Of a DNA stretch of 40,974 bases, positions 35,578-40,974 are shown in pieces. The notes under the pieces are model-generated. The model was not told where the DNA came from. It saw only the letters and a program-made list of their open reading frames with translations, and ran no database searches. Position 1 is the first letter of the stretch. Every line of letters starts with the position of its first letter. Origin of the DNA: a virus (taxonomy: Duplodnaviria > Caudoviricetes); IMG/VR virus record IMGVR_UViG_3300030397_000207, positions 1 through 40,974 of that record. The stretch is one strand, 5' to 3'. A program made the position numbers and the translations under genes.

Positions 35578-36855
35578 ATGAGTGAAATGAGTTTAGATTT
35601 CTTGTTCTCAGAAGAGGAAATTGAGGGCGTTAATGCCAGTCTACCGGAATCAGAAGGGTCTTTTCTGCAAGGCAATGTTGGCCCCTGGCATCATCAGGTA
35701 ATGTGGTATACGAATGACGGCTTGGTGCAAGATGTATCTGGTATTCAATCATTCATTGATTCACTAAGTGATAACATGAGACCTGATTATGTGTCTCCGA
35801 AAGGGTACGGGACTTCTTATTACTTCGGGTTCAATCGCCTTGAAGATGCCAAGGCATTACATGCCGAACTTGGCAAGGAGTATTCACCACGTCTTACTTG
35901 GAACTGGCGTATCAAATCCAGTGAGATTATGAACTGGACTTTCGAGGATCGCACTGCGGAGGATGTATTTGGAGAATACTTGGATGTAGATGCCGACATA
36001 CCGACAACATATGGCAACGATTACAATCGGCATGAATTCCATATGTATGTGCTGCCATCTTTCGTGCAGAGTGTAGCGACTGTAATGCGCCAAGACCCTC
36101 GATCAGAAGATGAAAAACTATTTGACCTGTCCGTAGAATGGCCTATTTTCGATTTTGACTCCCTGTGGAAAATTGACACCGACAAATGGGATAAGGAGTT
36201 TGCCAAGGCAGATCGTCCCAAACATAACATCCCGCAAGAACTAACAGACATCCAGCGTGAATGGGTAGGAACGGACGGGAAAAATTATCAGGACAGTAAG
36301 CTATGGGATGTAAGACGGCAAATATGGGACGCTATTCGTGAAGGAAGCATACCCGCATACAAAACCGATTCAAACAGCAAGTTTGCTGCCACTTCTACCA
36401 TACTACGCCGTATCCTATTCCTGATGGAATCAACCATGATTCCCGATAAAAACGGCAAATGCAACCCGGCGCAAGGATTTTATTATCGGGTCAACACCAG
36501 AATTCCAAATTTACGCGCAAATGCCGTCACAAAATGGAATCCAGAACGGCCAGAACGCAGCGGAAGCCGTGTTAGCGCATTTGTGATTTCGGAGATGTAT
36601 CCAGATGAGCAAGCAGCCAAGAATGCACTTGGGGAAGAAAGTACTGATAACGCCGAATTCCTTCCACCATTGCCAGAAGGGTGGAACGGCAGTACACCAG
36701 AGGAATATACAGAGTTTATGAAAGAGTTCCTGAGCGGCAAAGTTGATTTGTCAAAGCCGTGGCCGACGCAGAAGGGGAAATTGTCCGATAAGGCGCTGGA
36801 GGATGCGATTACGACAATGGATGACCTTGAGGCGTGGTGGTGGTTTCTGCAATGA
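35578..36855 (+). CDS. Large hypothetical protein heading the recombination/replication module
   Basis: 425 aa, AAGGA RBS; no family recognised. Confidence 0.7.
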   Translation: MSEMSLDFLFSEEEIEGVNASLPESEGSFLQGNVGPWHHQVMWYTNDGLVQDVSGIQSFIDSLSDNMRPDYVSPKGYGTSYYFGFNRLEDAKALHAELGKEYSPRLTWNWRIKSSEIMNWTFEDRTAEDVFGEYLDVDADIPTTYGNDYNRHEFHMYVLPSFVQSVATVMRQDPRSEDEKLFDLSVEWPIFDFDSLWKIDTDKWDKEFAKADRPKHNIPQELTDIQREWVGTDGKNYQDSKLWDVRRQIWDAIREGSIPAYKTDSNSKFAATSTILRRILFLMESTMIPDKNGKCNPAQGFYYRVNTRIPNLRANAVTKWNPERPERSGSRVSAFVISEMYPDEQAAKNALGEESTDNAEFLPPLPEGWNGSTPEEYTEFMKEFLSGKVDLSKPWPTQKGKLSDKALEDAITTMDDLEAWWWFLQ

Positions 36856-37028
36856 ACATGACAAAAATTACACACAAAGTATATCGTGGTAGCCCTTCAA
36901 AGCTAATCATAGAAACTGACAATCAACAGATTTTGATAGAACTAACGGGCGAAAACAAGTTAAAACTTGCAGATGTCATATTTGGCGACTGTCAACGTGA
37001 TGAGATATTCATTTCTGAGGTCAAATAG
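36852..37028 (+). CDS. Hypothetical protein
   Basis: ATGA overlap with the upstream gene. Confidence 0.5.
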   Translation: MNMTKITHKVYRGSPSKLIIETDNQQILIELTGENKLKLADVIFGDCQRDEIFISEVK

Positions 37029-37096
37029 GAGACGCCTTGTTTCTCAGTTGGCAACAAGGCAATTTTTATCGTGATATGTCACGAGGGGTAAAAAAC

Positions 37097-37486
37097 ATGG
37101 GCATGTATACACAACTAGTATTACACATAAACCTAAAAGAAGATACGCCTGAAGACGTAATCAATATACTGAAATACATGATGGGTGAAATTGAAACAGA
37201 ACATACTGATTCACATGATCTATTTGATTGCGAAAAATGGGATTGGTTTCTCAGATCAGATAGCTATTACTTCAGCGGATTCACAAAAAGTGAGATGAGA
37301 TTTGATGACATATCCAATTGTTGGAAAGTAAACATACATTGCAATGTAAAGAACTACAACCATGAAATACAAAAATTCTGGAACTGGATTAAGCCACATG
37401 TGGACACCGATGATCTATGTGGATATTATCGATACGAGGAGAATTGGGAACCAACCTTATTGTATGGCAGTGAAAGGTTTTACTAA
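37097..37486 (+). CDS. Hypothetical phage protein
   Basis: GAGGGG RBS before MGMYTQL; LCGYYRYEE. Confidence 0.65.
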   Translation: MGMYTQLVLHINLKEDTPEDVINILKYMMGEIETEHTDSHDLFDCEKWDWFLRSDSYYFSGFTKSEMRFDDISNCWKVNIHCNVKNYNHEIQKFWNWIKPHVDTDDLCGYYRYEENWEPTLLYGSERFY

Positions 37487-38364
37487 TGATCTACTACGAT
37501 CCAACCGAAGCCAGGGAAGGAACATTGCTTTCTCAATCTGTGATACAGTCCGGCAAACCACTCGCTAACTTGGAAACGCTAACAGGGGGGGACATTCTGA
37601 TTACGCCTTCCCCTATCCCTGGCAATTCAATTGATTCCGCTGCTGGCCGCAAAATTTTTGAGAATATCATCGGGCGAAGCTTCCTGATTCAGCGCAAATC
37701 AGGCATGGATATGTTACAAAGCATTCCCCATTTAATGGATGTGTTGCGTCGGATGCGAGAATGGGATTCTATGCCTTGGTTAGCGGTAAGCGGAGATTTT
37801 TATACTGATAGCACACTCAAGGTTATCTGCAATGACCACAAAACCAACTGGCACTATCATAGCTATAAGGGCGTGCTAGATGCTTGGCAGATTGCTGGCG
37901 GTCGCTACCATTCTGAATCGACCGATGATGATCTAGGCGACTGGATATTATCACTCGAAGAAAAGGTTAAGAAGATCGCAGAAAACCCCGACTGGTTTAC
38001 GCATCGAGAAGCAGACAAGGCACATCTCAAACACGATCCAAGGCCCTGGCGTGCTGTTCTGGAAGGGTTTCCAGGCGTAGGAGCAGAGTTAAGCACCCGC
38101 ATAGCCGATTACTGTGGAAACCTCGCTAATTCGCTTCTGTGGATGACCAGCGTAAATCAGAAGGGCGTTAAGGGCGTAGGGACACCTACCAAGCTGAAAT
38201 GGAATGCGTTTTGCGACCTCGACCCTGATGAATGCCTTGCACCGATTGAAAATGATGATAGTGCATGGGGCAGATGGCGTGATACGATTCGGGAAGTTGG
38301 CAAGATGGAAGATATTAAAACGATTGATGATTTGTTTGAAAGGATAGATGAGGTGAAGTCATGA
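37486..38364 (+). CDS. ERCC4/XPF-like nuclease with HhH
   Basis: YDPTE, GDILI, IQRKSGMD (ERKxxxD-like), FPGVG and VKGVG HhH motifs. Confidence 0.7.
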   Translation: MIYYDPTEAREGTLLSQSVIQSGKPLANLETLTGGDILITPSPIPGNSIDSAAGRKIFENIIGRSFLIQRKSGMDMLQSIPHLMDVLRRMREWDSMPWLAVSGDFYTDSTLKVICNDHKTNWHYHSYKGVLDAWQIAGGRYHSESTDDDLGDWILSLEEKVKKIAENPDWFTHREADKAHLKHDPRPWRAVLEGFPGVGAELSTRIADYCGNLANSLLWMTSVNQKGVKGVGTPTKLKWNAFCDLDPDECLAPIENDDSAWGRWRDTIREVGKMEDIKTIDDLFERIDEVKS

Positions 38365-38603
38365 ATGAAAATACTGATGAAAACAAGCCTGTCAAAATGA
38401 CCGAGCAAGAATTAGCAAAACTATGTCAACTTCTCTTGAAATATAGAAAGTGGTCAGGTAACGAAGATGCCAACAATTGGTATGATTCCGTAGTGGAGAA
38501 ATCAATTAGTGCCTTACATAAGCAGGCAGAATCTAGTTTTCATAAAAGAATAAATGGTGAGATAAATGATATTTCTGAACTGTTTGGGGCATGGGGGAAC
38601 TGA
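38361..38603 (+). CDS. Hypothetical protein
   Basis: 80 aa; ATGA overlap. Confidence 0.55.
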   Translation: MNENTDENKPVKMTEQELAKLCQLLLKYRKWSGNEDANNWYDSVVEKSISALHKQAESSFHKRINGEINDISELFGAWGN

Positions 38604-39619
38604 TGATTAAAGGATTAATCGCAATCACCGGCGAACTAGGAACCGGCAAAACAACCTTCGCATTACAGGTCATGTCTGCACTCGGCAAACCAGTGATGCC
38701 TGAACGCATCCTGTTTGTTGACGATGACATTAAGGGAAGTGCTACCGCTCAGGATGTGAAAGAGGCTGGATTTGAATTTGGCGCATACTGGAATATCGTT
38801 GAAATGGCGCAGGGCAAAAATGAGCTTGACCTATTCACGGAAGTAGCCAAGAGAATAAAAGACATTAAGAAGGATCAATACGATATCATCATTTGGGATA
38901 CATGGTCTCGAATGGAGTTGGGATTGCAATCAGAAGTGCTTAACAATCCTAACGAATATCGCAAATTCTATAGCAACAGTCCAGTTTACAAAGGTATGCA
39001 AATGCGTGGTAGCGTTCCAAGAGATCTGGAAACAAAGTTAATCGGAAGCCTAATGAATAAAGTGCCGCAGCTATTCCTGATTTCCCACTTAAAACAGACC
39101 TACATTGAAAACACGCCAGTTCCAGGCAAGTTCGAGCCGGACATTACATCGTCTGTGTCCAAGGCTTGCAAGACGCAATTCTGGTTGCGTCACAATCCAA
39201 GTGGTCATCCTGTTCCCGTGGCACTGATCACCAAAGGCATATCAAAAGTGCAGATTGATCCTGAGAAGGGCTATAGAGTGGTTGACGTGCTTCCAAAGAA
39301 GATTACTCCAAGACCGGAAGATAAATCACTCTGGGATACAATCGCCTATTACTGGGAAAATCCGATTGACGGCAGAGAACCAGAATCGCACGAGATGCCT
39401 ACCACGGAAGAGTTGGCGATTATCGATGGCACAATGACACATGACCAGCGTAACATTTTCCATGATTTGGTTAAGAGTAAGTCAGTTGGGGAAGGTGACG
39501 ACGCTAACAGGGGGGTGGAGGAACGAGTTAAGGAGATGGTGAATGATGGTAAGAAGTTCCCAGTTATTGCTAAAGAACTTGGAATTACAATAAAAGAAGC
39601 TAAGGAGATGGCAAAATGA
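38591..39619 (+). CDS. P-loop ATPase, Sak4/AAA_24-like recombinase, with C-terminal HTH
   Basis: GELGTGKTT, IIIWDTWS, LISH; tail GKKFPVIAKELGITIKE. Confidence 0.75.
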   Translation: MGELMIKGLIAITGELGTGKTTFALQVMSALGKPVMPERILFVDDDIKGSATAQDVKEAGFEFGAYWNIVEMAQGKNELDLFTEVAKRIKDIKKDQYDIIIWDTWSRMELGLQSEVLNNPNEYRKFYSNSPVYKGMQMRGSVPRDLETKLIGSLMNKVPQLFLISHLKQTYIENTPVPGKFEPDITSSVSKACKTQFWLRHNPSGHPVPVALITKGISKVQIDPEKGYRVVDVLPKKITPRPEDKSLWDTIAYYWENPIDGREPESHEMPTTEELAIIDGTMTHDQRNIFHDLVKSKSVGEGDDANRGVEERVKEMVNDGKKFPVIAKELGITIKEAKEMAK

Positions 39620-39915
39620 AAACACCATACGTGAAAATATCAACAGTAAGAAAATATGGGGAATGGGAAACCATTTTGGGATACCGCCCCGTACTGGTTA
39701 TCACCAACAATCTAACTCGTTCAGGGAATCGTCAAACCGTACACATGGGCGTAATCGGTCCACTTAACGCCAAAGTATGGCCTACGCCAGAAGAGGCGCA
39801 GAGAGCATATGATAATGGCGTACCAGCGGATTATTCATCGCAACTAAAATATCCAGAACATAGAACCGATGAATTGCAGGAAATCAACGATAAAGGTATT
39901 TGGCGTACTATCTGA
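39616..39915 (+). CDS. Hypothetical protein
   Basis: 99 aa; ATGA overlap. Confidence 0.55.
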   Translation: MKTPYVKISTVRKYGEWETILGYRPVLVITNNLTRSGNRQTVHMGVIGPLNAKVWPTPEEAQRAYDNGVPADYSSQLKYPEHRTDELQEINDKGIWRTI

Positions 39916-39957
39916 TAGGCAACAGATATTTGTCTAAATCTCAATAAGGAGTTTGGA

Positions 39958-40974
39958 ATGATTGAACAATTTACAGTAGATGAATTTGAAAATGCATTGC
40001 CGGATGATGCAATTGCTAAAGGGTTGCAATCTGGCGAATTCGGGTATGAAATACCGTTGCCGCATAGTCGCATCATCATACGCAGCAGCATTAACTCTAA
40101 TGGGGTATCAGCAGAAACCGGCCAAGATTCTATTCGATTGTGGCTTGAGGTTAGAATGTCAGACGGCAAACACAAGCCACTTAAGAAGCTAGATGCCTAT
40201 ACAACCCGTGCTTCTGGTTGGCAGAAACGAATGAATGACAAAATCCAAGTGCTACGGGATAAAGGGCTATTATTCACTGGCGATTGCCCTGTATGTCCAG
40301 AATGCGGTAATGGATGGCCGAGGATTAGCCAGTCCCAACGAAACCCCAATCGTGCATTTGTATCCTGTGATAAGCACAGTTATTTTGAATGGATTGATGA
40401 ATCAGCAAAGCCGTGGCGCAAAACCAACGCTAACAGGGGGGTAGAATCACTGAATACCCCACCTGTTAGCGTTGAACCTAAAACATCGCTTGATAGTCTG
40501 TTTGATACGACTATTGATGAACCTGTTGCAAAACCTGTACAAACCATCACGCCTTCTCAGCAACAACAAGAGATAATCAACCATGATTATACAAAACCCA
40601 TGCGGGTACTGGCGACCGCGGGATCTGGTAAGACGTGGACTACAGAGCAATATATTGCACGCTTGGTAAACGAAGGAGCTAAACCAGGATCAATACTCTA
40701 TGTTACTTTCAATAAGTCGATGGCTGATGAAGGAGCAATGAGGATCAAACGAACGCTAACAGGGGGGGGGTATCGATTGAGGATGCCGAGCAATACTCAC
40801 GATGGTTTTGTACGATTCATGCCGCATCATATCGAATGTTACGTAATGACAGTATGAAAATGCAAGTAGCAAAAAACTGGGAAATTAAAAGAGAGTTTCA
40901 AAAGATCATACCCAAATTGTGGAAGAATGACGAGCCATCTCCAAAGAATTTATACACTGCCATCTGCAATGCCA
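39958..40974 (+). CDS. UvrD/Rep-like SF1 helicase with N-terminal GRF-type zinc finger; frameshift at G9 (40762-40770); runs off window
   Basis: CPECG...NPNRAFVSC; SQQQQEII, VLATAGSGKT, ILYVTFN; the -1 frame after the G run reads VSIEDAEQYSRWFCTIHAASYRML (motif Ib-like) and stays open to the end. Confidence 0.85.

Larger units (their letters stand above)
354..40770. repeat. Dispersed motif family CGCTAACAGGG(GG), 36 exact 11-mer copies plus about 11 one-mismatch variants
   Basis: Plus copies start at 8244, 9894, 11130, 14015, 14681, 15468, 15996, 17640, 18469, 20375, 22916, 24083, 24829, 26680, 27134, 29459, 29650, 31647, 33616, 37577, 39502, 40428, 40754. Minus copies (CCCTGTTAGCG) at 355, 5945, 7426, 8892, 11346, 13317, 15189, 18503, 23279, 24270, 25727, 28364, 32683. 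Hand count. Confidence 0.95.

Noticed and set aside
35249-35578. Lysogeny switch (cI/cro)
   Set aside because: An XRE gene is present but there is no peptidase domain, integrase or clear operator set; lifestyle cannot be determined.
354-40770. Dispersed motif as a CRISPR array, Chi/KOPS site or IS end
   Set aside because: Spacing is irregular, both orientations are mixed, and there are no target duplications or transposase.

Overview
About 41 kb of a tailed dsDNA (siphovirus-like) phage genome; the host is possibly Chloroflexota (tentative inference). Minus strand, ~27,956 to 1: terminase small and large subunits, portal, protease/scaffold, major capsid, a ~9 kb sugar-synthesis and glycosyltransferase cluster, endolysin-like and DUF1360 genes, neck proteins, a tail tube fused to a beta-propeller, frameshifted tail chaperones and the start of the tape measure. 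Plus strand, ~28,191 to the end: early small genes, HTH/RHH regulators, an ERCC4-like nuclease, a Sak4-like ATPase and a UvrD-like helicase. The strongest unexplained signal is a non-palindromic motif, CGCTAACAGGG(GG). I counted 36 exact copies by hand (about one per 1.1 kb, both strands, mostly inside genes). Also present: a two-repeat type I-E CRISPR-like mini-array with no cas genes, a type II hammerhead ribozyme, four consecutive perfect inverted repeats (ori-like), a second repeat family (CTATGCGAA), repeated early promoters and a frameshift at a G9 run in the helicase. All protein calls come from motif recognition and synteny, not database searches.
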